From an uncultured Methanomicrobiales archaeon (GTDB taxonomy: Archaea > Halobacteriota > Methanomicrobia > Methanomicrobiales > Methanospirillaceae), in NCBI GenBank assembly GCA_963758915.1, contig CAVWXH010000009.1, positions 64,001 through 128,000 of the forward strand: DNA of 64,000 nucleotides. Direction: 5' to 3'. The notes beneath the pieces are model-generated. The model searched no databases, was not told the DNA's origin, and was given only the letters and a program-made list of their open reading frames with translations. Numbering within the stretch: position 1 is the stretch's first letter; each line of letters begins with the position of its first letter. The position numbers and the translations under genes are program-made. Shown here piece by piece: positions 10,515-19,793 of this stretch.

Positions 10515-10808
10515 ATGGTCCAGGAATACAAAAGAACCTGTTATACCTGTGAAACGGTCTGGCATTCCCTCAAATCACGTGAAGATTCAATAAAAGCAGG
10601 TGCGTCTGCAGATGCGGGCCACTTTTTTCAACCGGAAGGATCGGCCCGCTCATGTTCATATTGCGGGATGTGCGGGGGGACCGTGATCACCATGGGAAAC
10701 AGGGGTACGGATGGCAATAAGGCAGAACTCGACCGCTTACGTACCTGTCCAAATTGCGGCTCACATAACTATTTTGAAGAGGTCCGGGACCAGGAAGTCC
10801 TGGAATAG
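10515..10808 (+). CDS. Small zinc-ribbon protein
   Basis: CYTC-x-x-x-W, CSYCGMCG and CPNCGS motifs. Confidence 0.65.
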   Translation: MVQEYKRTCYTCETVWHSLKSREDSIKAGASADAGHFFQPEGSARSCSYCGMCGGTVITMGNRGTDGNKAELDRLRTCPNCGSHNYFEEVRDQEVLE

Positions 10809-10977
10809 ATGGGATCCTGGCGGAAGGTTAAGCCAGGTAAACTTGTTTAAGTACCGTGCTGTTTCTCACAGGTTGATCACTAGTCAGTAACCGGGGTTTC
10901 CATCACTTTCACCCCCCACCCTGCAAGACCTGATATAGCTGGCACGCTCAGTCCTCAACCTCAAGGAGTGAGTGAAG

Positions 10978-11218
10978 ATGAGCATGACTACCGGGATGAA
11001 AAATGTGAGTGTCAGATGGAGAAAGGCATCACGTGCACTTAAAAATCGACGACCAGAAATATGGAATACGCCTTGCTGAAGCACTTGAACGGCACAAGGG
11101 CCCCGAATATGCGATGTTTGATGACCCGCTCGAAGCATCCGTATTTTTCCTTCTTATCGAGATGATGAAGGAGAAGGAAAAAGGACAGGTGACTTTGGCA
11201 ACCGGAAAATCTCATTAA
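10978..11218 (+). pseudogene. Small conserved-type methanogen hypothetical protein, frameshifted in A5 run 11041-11045
   Basis: GGAGTGA SD and ATG 10978 (MSMTTGMKNVSVRWRKASRALK); continues as IDDQKYGIRLAE...FDDPLEASVF after removing one A. Confidence 0.6.
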
Positions 11219-11309
11219 ATCAGGATTAATAAAAAATGAATGCTTTTTTTTCACTCTGCCCACCATGGGACACGGAAAGGAGGATCCTTTTGTGCTTGCC
11301 ATGGGAATG

Positions 11310-11798
11310 TTACTGTTCCGGCATGGACTGGTTTATCTTTTGATTCTGCCTGTTCTGCTTAATGGCATGAATTAAACGTACTGCTTTTTTATGGTCCTTT
11401 GCATAATTTTTTAAATCTGCTTTGTCGATTGAGCCATCCTTCACTTCTGCACGGAGTTCCCCTGCGAATGTCTTCATAGCAGAACGGAACCGGTCCTTGT
11501 CAGATGCCAGGACGGCAGCCTTTGCATCAGCCAGGGCGGCGTTAAGGGTATCGACATTGTACCCCTTTCCCGCAAGGTACGCTGTCAGGTTTGAAGCCCT
11601 GTCCGGCAATCCCTGCATCCGGATACTATTACCGGCACCATTCACGGGTTTATTTTTTGTGCCCTGTTCCATTGGCGCCGCTATTACGGGTGCTGCAATC
11701 ATTACCAGAAGGCAGACGATCAATGCTACCCCGATAAGTCGAACGATACGTTTCGATATGTTCTCACCTCTTCTACGGAGTCGTCCACGAAAGGACAC
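11310..11798 (-). CDS. Secreted helical hypothetical protein; start uncertain
   Basis: Signal peptide KRIVRLIGVALIVCLLVMIAAPVIA; GAGGTGA SD lies just upstream of an ATA codon near 11758. Confidence 0.65.
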   Translation of the reverse strand: MSFRGRLRRRGENISKRIVRLIGVALIVCLLVMIAAPVIAAPMEQGTKNKPVNGAGNSIRMQGLPDRASNLTAYLAGKGYNVDTLNAALADAKAAVLASDKDRFRSAMKTFAGELRAEVKDGSIDKADLKNYAKDHKKAVRLIHAIKQNRQNQKINQSMPEQ

Positions 11799-11803
11799 TA
11801 CCG

Positions 11804-11843
11804 ATGTATAGTATGTTTTACATTATGTTAGAAATACTTTACT
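11804..11843. promoter_or_regulatory. Two tandem imperfect palindromic operator-like sites (ATGTATAGTATGTTTTACAT; ATGTTAGAAATACTTTAC)
   Basis: Match the palindrome at 16053-16072. Confidence 0.55.
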
Positions 11844-12044
11844 GTTGCGGGAGGGGTGGGATGAATATTTTTCATACAACCCCGGGTTTGCAAAAGAGAG
11901 AGACGGTACATGGCCCTCCTTTCTCAAATGGTGTACCAGGATAATGAATACAACATTTACGTCCAGGTCTGAAAAATTGCAGACCAATCCGGCATTCCGG
12001 GTTTAATACCTGCACAGAATGAGGTCGAAACAAGTGCAATACAA

Positions 12045-12251
12045 TTATTCATCGATTGAATCAAGAAGAAAAACATCATCTATCCGTACTTTGAAGAATT
12101 TTGCAATCCTGGCAGCAAGGATCAGGGAGGGGTCATATTTTCCGTTCTCGATAGCGAGTATCGTCTGCCTGGTCACCCCGACTTCGTTCGCCAGTGCTTC
12201 CTGCGAGAGGTCGTTCATTGCCCGGTACACTTTAATTTTGTTTTTCATCAC
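12045..12251 (-). CDS. Xre/Cro-C1 HTH transcriptional regulator
   Basis: [37 protein letters not shown]. Confidence 0.93.
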   Translation of the reverse strand: MMKNKIKVYRAMNDLSQEALANEVGVTRQTILAIENGKYDPSLILAARIAKFFKVRIDDVFLLDSIDE

Positions 12252-12652
12252 TATGCCCCGTATTTTTTGTTATAATAGAGGGACAATAGCACGTACAGGA
12301 CGATGATCCCACAAAGAAGAATCAGCAGGCGGAAACCGAAAATACCTAATGGCCGGTTGAAACGCCGGATCCCTTCACCCAGTGCGTCAATGATGATCCA
12401 CAGGGCAAAGAGGAACAGACCGACCCACGTGATCTGCAGGGTCCGTAATGCAGTTATCTCGGTGATCTTCTGGGTCCGCTCATCCTCGATGACCTCATCA
12501 ATATACATTTTCGCAAGATATATTCCAAGGATCCCAAGGACAATTGCAATAACAGAGGGTAAGGGATCGGCGAGTTCTACTGACAGCCAGAATATTGCGA
12601 CCTCAAAAAATGCCACCGCGGCCACGCACAGGTAAAAAGAATTTCGTTTCAT
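12251..12652 (-). CDS. DUF2178-family membrane protein
   Basis: 4 TMs with central EDERT motif, directly abutting the Xre regulator. Confidence 0.75.
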   Translation of the reverse strand: MKRNSFYLCVAAVAFFEVAIFWLSVELADPLPSVIAIVLGILGIYLAKMYIDEVIEDERTQKITEITALRTLQITWVGLFLFALWIIIDALGEGIRRFNRPLGIFGFRLLILLCGIIVLYVLLSLYYNKKYGA

Positions 12653-12805
12653 GATCACTTCCCCGCTATTACAGTATTAAGCACGGTGTCTCATTTGGAT
12701 TTGACACTCTACAGGTATATAACCTGATACCCTGATGTTATTTCAATCATCCATTGTTGCACTGAATGGCCCTGTCGGGAAGCAGAACCTGTTCGTAGTA
12801 ATATT

Positions 12806-13996
12806 CTATTCGCTCCTCAACGCATCAATCGGGTCCATGTTTGATGCCTTCCATGCCGGGTACAACCCCGATATAACACAAACGACAATCCCGATCACCA
12901 TACCGTACGGGACATACATAATACTGTCTGGCATGAAGAAATAGGCCGTATTCCCTATCATGGCACTCACCACCGAGTAGCCTATAACCAGGCTGCAGAT
13001 CCCACCGACAACGGAACCAATGAGGCCAAGTATAAAAGCCTCGTACAGGAACATCCTGCGCACTTCACCTTTTTCTGTCCCGATCGAGAGGAGAATACCG
13101 ATCTCGTGCACCCGTTCTGTCACTGACATCATCATTACGTTGAAGATACTGACAGCAGCGACCACAAGCGAAATACCACCGATTGCAAGGATAAACGTTG
13201 TGATCGTGCCTAACGTCTGGGTAATACTGGTCAGGCGCGAGCTTGCATCACTGATTCTGATCACCTGCGTTTTCCGGTTGACTTTTTCATCGATTGCCGT
13301 TTCCACATCACCGATAGTATCAACATTTTTTACAATTACGTTCACCTGATCGTACACGTCTTTGTCACCATACTGGTTCGTGTACCAGGTATCAGACACG
13401 ATAATGGAATTGTCGGTATTTATCCCGTCAGAGGCGAATCCCCGTGCCGGGAGGATGCCGGAGACACGGACTGTCGGTCGGTCTTCCGTGTTAGGGGGGC
13501 CTATTTTAATACGGCTTCCGACGACCAGGTTAAAGTTTGTAGCGATATTTGAGCCTACGAGGGCATCATTCGCCCCGCGGGGAATATCCCCGGTGCTGAG
13601 GGTGAGGAATTTTTCGATATCATTGGGTTCAAAGCCATATATCGAACCTCTGCCGTTGGTAGAACCGATCGTAAACTGCGTATTCGTCCGATGTACCGGG
13701 ATGACCACGTTTGTCCCGGCAGCGTTCCTGATATCATTGAGCTGGCTTTTCGTCACACCCTGTGATGTTGAGGGGGCTCCGGCGGTCATGCTGGTCCGTA
13801 CAACATCCGACGAGATCATGACCGTGTTGACATCCGAGGAGAGCTGCTGTTTTACTGACAACTGCATATTGGCCCCGAGCATTCCCATGGATGAGATGGC
13901 AACCACGCCGATCACGATCCCGATCGATGCCAGCAGTGACCGCATGAAGTTGAGCCTGACGCTCCTGACAGACAGGTCGAAGAATATGTCTCTCAC
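12806..13996 (-). CDS. ABC transporter permease (MacB/FtsX family)
   Basis: RSLLASIGIVIGV...SVTERVHEIGILLSIG...PIDALRSE. Confidence 0.93.
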   Translation of the reverse strand: MRDIFFDLSVRSVRLNFMRSLLASIGIVIGVVAISSMGMLGANMQLSVKQQLSSDVNTVMISSDVVRTSMTAGAPSTSQGVTKSQLNDIRNAAGTNVVIPVHRTNTQFTIGSTNGRGSIYGFEPNDIEKFLTLSTGDIPRGANDALVGSNIATNFNLVVGSRIKIGPPNTEDRPTVRVSGILPARGFASDGINTDNSIIVSDTWYTNQYGDKDVYDQVNVIVKNVDTIGDVETAIDEKVNRKTQVIRISDASSRLTSITQTLGTITTFILAIGGISLVVAAVSIFNVMMMSVTERVHEIGILLSIGTEKGEVRRMFLYEAFILGLIGSVVGGICSLVIGYSVVSAMIGNTAYFFMPDSIMYVPYGMVIGIVVCVISGLYPAWKASNMDPIDALRSE

Positions 13997-14688
13997 GATG
14001 CAACGACCCTCCCGTCATCGAGCTGGATCGTCCGGTGTGCGTATTCGGCAATCTTCGGATCATGGGTCACCAGGATGACCGTTTTTCCCTTCTGGTGCAG
14101 GTCAGCAAGGAGGTCCATAATCTGAATTCCTGTTTTCCGGTCAAGGTTGCCGGTTGGTTCATCGCAGAGGATGATTTTCGGGTCGTTGACCAGCGCCCGG
14201 GCTATTGCAACCCTCTGCTGTTGCCCCCCGGATAACTGGTTCGGCCGGTGGGAACTCATTTCCTCGTCAAAACCGACTGATTTGAGAACGGCGGCCGCCT
14301 TGCCTGATGTGTCACGGTGCTTATATCTGAGTATCAGGGGGTATTCCACGTTCTCGTACGCAGAGAGGAGGGGGATTAAGTAAAATTTCTGGAATACATA
14401 CCCGATCGTGTCCCGGCGCATATGCGTCCGTTCCAGGGGGCTCATCTTCGCAACATTTCGCCCATCAATATGGAGTTCCCCGGTTGTAGGGACATCAAGG
14501 ATACCGAGCTGGTTCATCATGGTCGATTTACCGGAACCGGAAGGTCCCATGATCGCAACAAATTCGTTCTCCATGATATCAAGTGATACGTGGTTGAGCG
14601 CTGTGAAGTCCCCACTCTCGAGGTGGTACACTTTTGAGACATCCAGAAGGCGGATGAGTGGATTTTCGCTCATTTCCGATCCTTTCAT
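13993..14688 (-). CDS. ABC transporter ATP-binding protein
   Basis: [25 protein letters not shown]. Confidence 0.95.
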   Translation of the reverse strand: MKGSEMSENPLIRLLDVSKVYHLESGDFTALNHVSLDIMENEFVAIMGPSGSGKSTMMNQLGILDVPTTGELHIDGRNVAKMSPLERTHMRRDTIGYVFQKFYLIPLLSAYENVEYPLILRYKHRDTSGKAAAVLKSVGFDEEMSSHRPNQLSGGQQQRVAIARALVNDPKIILCDEPTGNLDRKTGIQIMDLLADLHQKGKTVILVTHDPKIAEYAHRTIQLDDGRVVAS

Positions 14689-15986
14689 TTCCTCTTCAGC
14701 TTTGCAACGATCCATTTCCGTTTCATCCAGAGGACTATCCCAACGACGATAACGATGCCCAGTGCAATCACAGGATAGAATGAACTAACACCGCCTCCCC
14801 TGCTGCTGCCGCCAAATCCGAAGATTCCCCCGCCACCCGGTGGACCACCGGCGTTAGTCCTTGCTGTAGCGCTTCCCGTTGTCCCACTACTACTGGAACT
14901 TCCCGAGCTTCCGCTGCTACTTGAACTTCCCGAGCTGTACCGGAGATCGAGGTTTTTTACCGTGGAGAACGAATTTCCATCCGCGTCTTTCCATTTGATT
15001 TGCAATGGCACGTCGGATAGATCGGTGCTCATGAAGGTAAGGGTAAAACTTGAAAAGTCATCTGAGGCCAGAGATCCGATCGCATAGTCTGCATAGGGTT
15101 CCACGGGCCTGGCGGGCGAAAGCACGGTCAGTACCATGGACTTTGCATCGGTGATCCCGGCATTGTTCACATCGCCGGTCAACTTGTTGGAGGACCCCGA
15201 AGAGGTGATTACGATGTTATTGACAACGGGGACTGCAGCCAGCTTATCTTCGCCAATATTCAGGGGAAGGACTGCGTCAACTGAGTGGTCGTTATTACCA
15301 TTATGGTATGTGATATGAAATGTCAGGTCTGATGCCTGGTCAGGAGTGACCTGGAACGGTACCATCTGTGAACTTCCTGCAGGAAGTGTGGCAACAAATT
15401 TCTGACGTGGTGAGACGGTACTGCCATTTCCTGTCGGGTTAATGGTAATATCTGTCAGCGCTCCGTTCCGGGAATTAACAAGGCTCAGGTTGACACTATC
15501 CTTCTTTCCCACGACAAAATTATCAGGCCGGTCAACAATTGTTGCTTCAAGATCTTTTGAATCGACTTCGAGTTCAAAGGGATAACTGATACTCCCGGCT
15601 TCCACTGTTGAAACGGTAAATACCGGGAAATAGGTCCCATCCTCACCTGAAACTGCCACCCGGAATGAGTAGGTCATTTGGGATCCGGGCCCTAAGCGGA
15701 CATTGGTGTTATACGAGCCCCTGTTTGTGACCGCAACATGAGTTTCAAGAATGTCAGGTTGTGACAAGGTTACGGTCTGGTTACCAGAGTTCGTCAGGGT
15801 AACCGTGACTGTTCCCGTTTCGTAGGGAAAAAACACTTCCGGGTTCAGCTTAACTGATGTCACATGGGTCTGGTAAATGCCATCGCTGGCAGATATCGTA
15901 CCGGTAGAGGTAGCTGCCATTGCACATGCTACCATACTGCACGTCACTACAAGAAGAATAAAGAGATATTTTCCCAAATCTGCCAT
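14685..15986 (-). CDS. COG1361-type S-layer-domain protein with Ser/Gly linker and C-terminal TM
   Basis: Signal peptide, Ig-like repeats, SSGSSSSSGSS linker, TM plus KRK; ATGA overlap with the ATPase. Confidence 0.8.
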   Translation of the reverse strand: MADLGKYLFILLVVTCSMVACAMAATSTGTISASDGIYQTHVTSVKLNPEVFFPYETGTVTVTLTNSGNQTVTLSQPDILETHVAVTNRGSYNTNVRLGPGSQMTYSFRVAVSGEDGTYFPVFTVSTVEAGSISYPFELEVDSKDLEATIVDRPDNFVVGKKDSVNLSLVNSRNGALTDITINPTGNGSTVSPRQKFVATLPAGSSQMVPFQVTPDQASDLTFHITYHNGNNDHSVDAVLPLNIGEDKLAAVPVVNNIVITSSGSSNKLTGDVNNAGITDAKSMVLTVLSPARPVEPYADYAIGSLASDDFSSFTLTFMSTDLSDVPLQIKWKDADGNSFSTVKNLDLRYSSGSSSSSGSSGSSSSSGTTGSATARTNAGGPPGGGGIFGFGGSSRGGGVSSFYPVIALGIVIVVGIVLWMKRKWIVAKLKRK

Positions 15987-16052
15987 CAAAGAACACCTTT
16001 GTTATTATTACGGAATACCATGGTGATTCCACCAGGACTGGAACATAACAAT

Positions 16053-16085
16053 ATGTAAAGTATATTTTACATTATGGTATTTAAA
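16053..16085 (-). promoter_or_regulatory. Putative TATA box (TTTAAATA on minus strand) followed by palindromic operator ATGTAAAGTATATTTTACAT
   Basis: Perfect 7-bp arms ATGTAAA/TTTACAT about 65 bp upstream of the operon start. Confidence 0.6.
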
Positions 16086-16289
16086 AAATACCTTAAATCA
16101 GGTTAGAATATTCATGGATATCGAAAGACCCGGGTCCCGGGAGCTGCAGACCGGTTCCCTGGCGGAAAGTCATAAGGATTGGCGATTTTGTTGCAGGAAT
16201 CCAAGGGTTAAATTTCTGGATTACCCATTGTTGCACAATCCTTTGCACCCAACCATAGCTCTATTACCATACAGGCAAGATGGAATGTC

Positions 16290-17270
16290 ATGGCAGAACA
16301 GCACCCGATGCCTTATATTGTATTCCTTGTGCTGGTAATCCCCGCACTCTGGCTGTTATATACAGGGATCACCGATCCTTCCCAGGCAATTCTTATCCTC
16401 GCTGGAGTAATCTGGATACTAATCGTTGCATATATTTCTGCATCGGTTAAAATCGCAGACCAGTGGGAACGGGCGGTCATCCTCAGACTTGGAAAATTTA
16501 CCGGGCTGAAAGGGCCCGGATTATTTTACATTGTACCAATGGTCGAGAGGGTCGCCTACTGGATTGATAACCGGGTCATCACCACCTCATTCAAGGCAGA
16601 AAAAACACTTACAAAGGATACCGTTCCCGTTGATGTAGAGGCAGTATTATTCTGGAAGGTCCTCGACCCTGTCAAGGCCGCACTCGAAGTCGAGGACTAC
16701 CGGTCAGCAATCAGCTGGGCTTCACAGACAGCCCTCCGTGAAGTAATCGGAAAGTCATTCCTCTCGGACATGCTGGAAGGCAGGGAGAAAATTGATATTG
16801 AACTCCAGAAAATTATCGACCGGAGGACAATTGAATGGGGCGTCCATGTCAGTTCTGTTGAGATCCGTGACGTCCTTATCCCGAATGAACTCCAGGACGC
16901 CATGTCGATGCAGGCCCAGGCAGAGCGCGAGCGACAGGCACGGGTCATCCTCGGGGACTCTGAACGGCAGGTCGCAGCAAAATTTGAGGAGGCCGCAAAG
17001 ACCTACCAGAATAACCCCGTTGCCCTGCACCTCCGGGCAATGAACATGCTCTACGAAGGGCTCAAGGAAAAAGCGACCCTTGTTATCGTTCCCTCTACCG
17101 TCCTGAATACCATGACACTCGGGGATATGACCGGGACCGTCTCCCTTGCTAAAATGTTCTCTGAAACACAACCACAGAAAAATCAGGTTCCCGATGTAAT
17201 CCCTGATCCAAAGGAACAGCCAAGAAAGCCCCGGTCAGATACTCCCCCGGAGACAGAGGGCACCCTCTGA
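16290..17270 (+). CDS. SPFH/band-7 (slipin/stomatin-like) protein
   Basis: WERAVILRLG..GPGL, LTKDTVPVDV, QAQAERERQAR coiled coil. Confidence 0.93.
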   Translation: MAEQHPMPYIVFLVLVIPALWLLYTGITDPSQAILILAGVIWILIVAYISASVKIADQWERAVILRLGKFTGLKGPGLFYIVPMVERVAYWIDNRVITTSFKAEKTLTKDTVPVDVEAVLFWKVLDPVKAALEVEDYRSAISWASQTALREVIGKSFLSDMLEGREKIDIELQKIIDRRTIEWGVHVSSVEIRDVLIPNELQDAMSMQAQAERERQARVILGDSERQVAAKFEEAAKTYQNNPVALHLRAMNMLYEGLKEKATLVIVPSTVLNTMTLGDMTGTVSLAKMFSETQPQKNQVPDVIPDPKEQPRKPRSDTPPETEGTL

Positions 17271-17675
17271 CCTCCCGGGTGGAAAGATACTACTGCAAAA
17301 AGGGCGGGAGTGCAGGACCACCTTCTTTTCTGAACCAGATTTGCAGGTACATCCCGGCTCCGTAAACGTTGTATTTCCTGGATTCAGTCCCTCTAACATA
17401 TTTTTCGGCGTGGAAGTCCCTCCATATAGAGAACAGGGATAGCATTCATCCGCGCGTGACCTGATCAGTCCAATTGCACCGGACCTGGAATTTGCAGGAA
17501 ATCTCAACATTATTTCTCCGTTACTACCCGGTACCGGGTAATTCCACGATATCATACCGTTAACCGCCAAAAAATTAGTGGAACTCTGCAATTTTACGGG
17601 TCAGGTTCCTTTCGGGATTGCAACCGGACCCGATACCCTTATCCTTCATTCATCCCTACAATTGTTCGATAGTCC

Positions 17676-18281
17676 ATGCAGAGTGAGCACTTCCCCCGCC
17701 TGACACCATTTAAACCCTCTGAAAAGATGGTCACCTGGTTTATTATCGATTTCTTCATCCTCGTATTGTTTCTCCTGCTCTGTTTTATTGCCCCGGTTGT
17801 ATCAATACCAGATGTTCCGTTGCTGGCTGTTGCCATAATAGTGGGAATTGTGTTTGTTATCGTGGTGCTTTACCTCATCTGGGTGAAAATGTACTATGAC
17901 AGCATGTGGTATGAGCTCCACGATGACGAGATGAGGTGGAAACGTGGTGTAATTTTCCGCAGTACGGGCATCGTGCCGTATAACCGGATAACCAATATTG
18001 ACATCAAGCAGGGGCCGGTAATGCGGTCACTTGGCATATCGACCGTTTCTGTCCAGACCGCAGGTTATTCAGGTGCAGCGGCCCCCGAGATACGTATCGA
18101 AGCAATAGTGTATGCTGATGAACTACGCGAGTTAATCCGCAGCCTTGTCCGTAGCTGTTCGGCAGCAGGGGACGGCACGGGTACCGGGAAACCTGAAGTA
18201 AAGGGACCAGCATCACCGGTCCACCAGCAGATGCTGGAAGAACTGAAAGCTATCCGTGAACTTCTCGAGAGAAACGCATAA
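17676..18281 (+). CDS. Membrane protein with bacterial PH (bPH_2/YdbS-like) domain
   Basis: 2 TMs, then RGVIFR...VPYNRITNIDIKQGP...TAG. Confidence 0.85.
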   Translation: MQSEHFPRLTPFKPSEKMVTWFIIDFFILVLFLLLCFIAPVVSIPDVPLLAVAIIVGIVFVIVVLYLIWVKMYYDSMWYELHDDEMRWKRGVIFRSTGIVPYNRITNIDIKQGPVMRSLGISTVSVQTAGYSGAAAPEIRIEAIVYADELRELIRSLVRSCSAAGDGTGTGKPEVKGPASPVHQQMLEELKAIRELLERNA

Positions 18282-18342
18282 ATTTCCGACGATATTGATT
18301 TATTAGAATAAATCATTTATCTCTCCCGTTTACAAATTTACC

Positions 18343-18610
18343 GGCTTTGCTGACATTCTCTCAAATCTATCTTCCAGATTGGTAATTCCAAAATTTCGTC
18401 ACGCTCCCGGGGCTCATGGCCCGCCGCTTTGGCGCCCCGGTTGGGATAGAGACTATCCCCCAATACTCTGAACTTTCCTTCCAATGTCCCAATCGAACCC
18501 TGCCCGAAGAATATCTTAATGGGGGTGGGGCAGGGAGGGGGTGAAACCCCCTCCTGTCTTCGTATTTCCCTCTTAATTTTTTTATATTACCAAAGTGTTT
18601 CAACAAATCC
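18343..18610 (+). mobile_element. MITE-like repeat R2 (core module A with terminal inverted repeats)
   Basis: Ends GGCTTTGCTGACA ... TGTTTCAACAAATCC; right half nearly identical to 44273-44386. Confidence 0.8.
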
Positions 18611-18676
18611 GGTCCCTTATAGTTCAGGGTGTTAATCTGCCGAACATGGATAAAATAATAATTGGATTTGCAGAGT

Positions 18677-19492
18677 TCAGAGCCTGGCCTCAATGCTCTT
18701 CCACGTGCTCCGGGATAGAAAACTACCGGGTGCGTCTTCCTCCATTTCTTTGTACATGGTAAACGGCACAGCGAATGTCAACACATCGTCCCCAAGGACA
18801 TGCATCACCTGCTGGCGTGCGGAAGGATCGGTAAGACCAAGGACAGCACGGGGCGTATCGGATACCCCTTCCTTATAGGGGAGCAGCATAACCTGGTGAC
18901 AGCCTGCACTGGCAGGAATTATTACGCGTTCGAGGTCCCCGTACCGGAAATTTGCCAGTGTGACAAGTGCCGAAACCTGGTGGGGATTTGCGATAAACAC
19001 AATAACCTGGGGCACTTCCCCTGGCTTAACCTCTGAAAGCGGTTTGAAAATCACGTAGGTATACGGAATATCCGTTACCGGGAGGTTATGAATGAACTCT
19101 TTCACCAGGTCCGGGGTTTTCCTATAACCTTCCCCAAGAAGGAAGTGTTTTTTTATTTCAGGATTGGGGATATTATCTGCCAGATTCTTTAATTCCTCGC
19201 AATGGCTGCACCCGAGGATCCCGTTTGAAAGGAAATGCGAAAATCCTTCGATTCCTCCGGGAGAGGTCACAAAACAGTTACCAAACCCTGCTCCGGTCCC
19301 TCCCCCGTTACAACCGAACGTTTCCCGTGATATGGCAGCAGTACGGCCCTTTGATGCCTGGGCAAAGAGAGACATTAGGCATCCCCTCCTCCCGGGAACA
19401 AACGATAGTGCTGGTTCAGGCTTGGTATCAGACCATATGACTGCAACGGGTGAGAATTTCAGATGCAATATGTTAGCGATAACACTTTTCAT
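18677..19492 (-). CDS. DUF169 family protein
   Basis: PVAV...GC-x-M...GCNGGG-x-G-x-GF...P-x-QVSALV...GC...LGLTDPSAR. Confidence 0.85.
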   Translation of the reverse strand: MKSVIANILHLKFSPVAVIWSDTKPEPALSFVPGRRGCLMSLFAQASKGRTAAISRETFGCNGGGTGAGFGNCFVTSPGGIEGFSHFLSNGILGCSHCEELKNLADNIPNPEIKKHFLLGEGYRKTPDLVKEFIHNLPVTDIPYTYVIFKPLSEVKPGEVPQVIVFIANPHQVSALVTLANFRYGDLERVIIPASAGCHQVMLLPYKEGVSDTPRAVLGLTDPSARQQVMHVLGDDVLTFAVPFTMYKEMEEDAPGSFLSRSTWKSIEARL

Positions 19493-19793
19493 TCGGTATC
19501 CACTCCTGGTTCAATGTAGGTGAATTTTGAATATAGTTCCTTGTGAGAAAGATACTGAGTCAGGTGCACCGGTAAAGTTCGGTCATATCACCTATGAGCA
19601 TGAAACACTACCGAACTGAATAAAGGTATAGTACCTATTGCCAATATAACAGTGTTTAATCCGTAAAACCGATTATACCCGGTTTTACGGGTCTTTTTGA
19701 ATAAAGTGTGTGTAACCCGTTTCCATTCTGCTGGGGTATTCCTGATAATCCGGAATTCCCGGGATATATTTTTTCCCGCCCTGCATCTTCCTG

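Noticed and set aside
13362-14078. 238-aa plus-strand ORF
   Set aside because: Antisense shadow of the ABC permease.
14880-14937. Short repeat ACTTCCCGAGCT twice
   Set aside because: Encodes the Ser/Gly linker of the S-layer-like protein.
17235-17591. 118-aa minus-strand ORF between the SPFH and PH-domain genes
   Set aside because: No recognisable motif, weak start, and it overlaps the SPFH 3' end.
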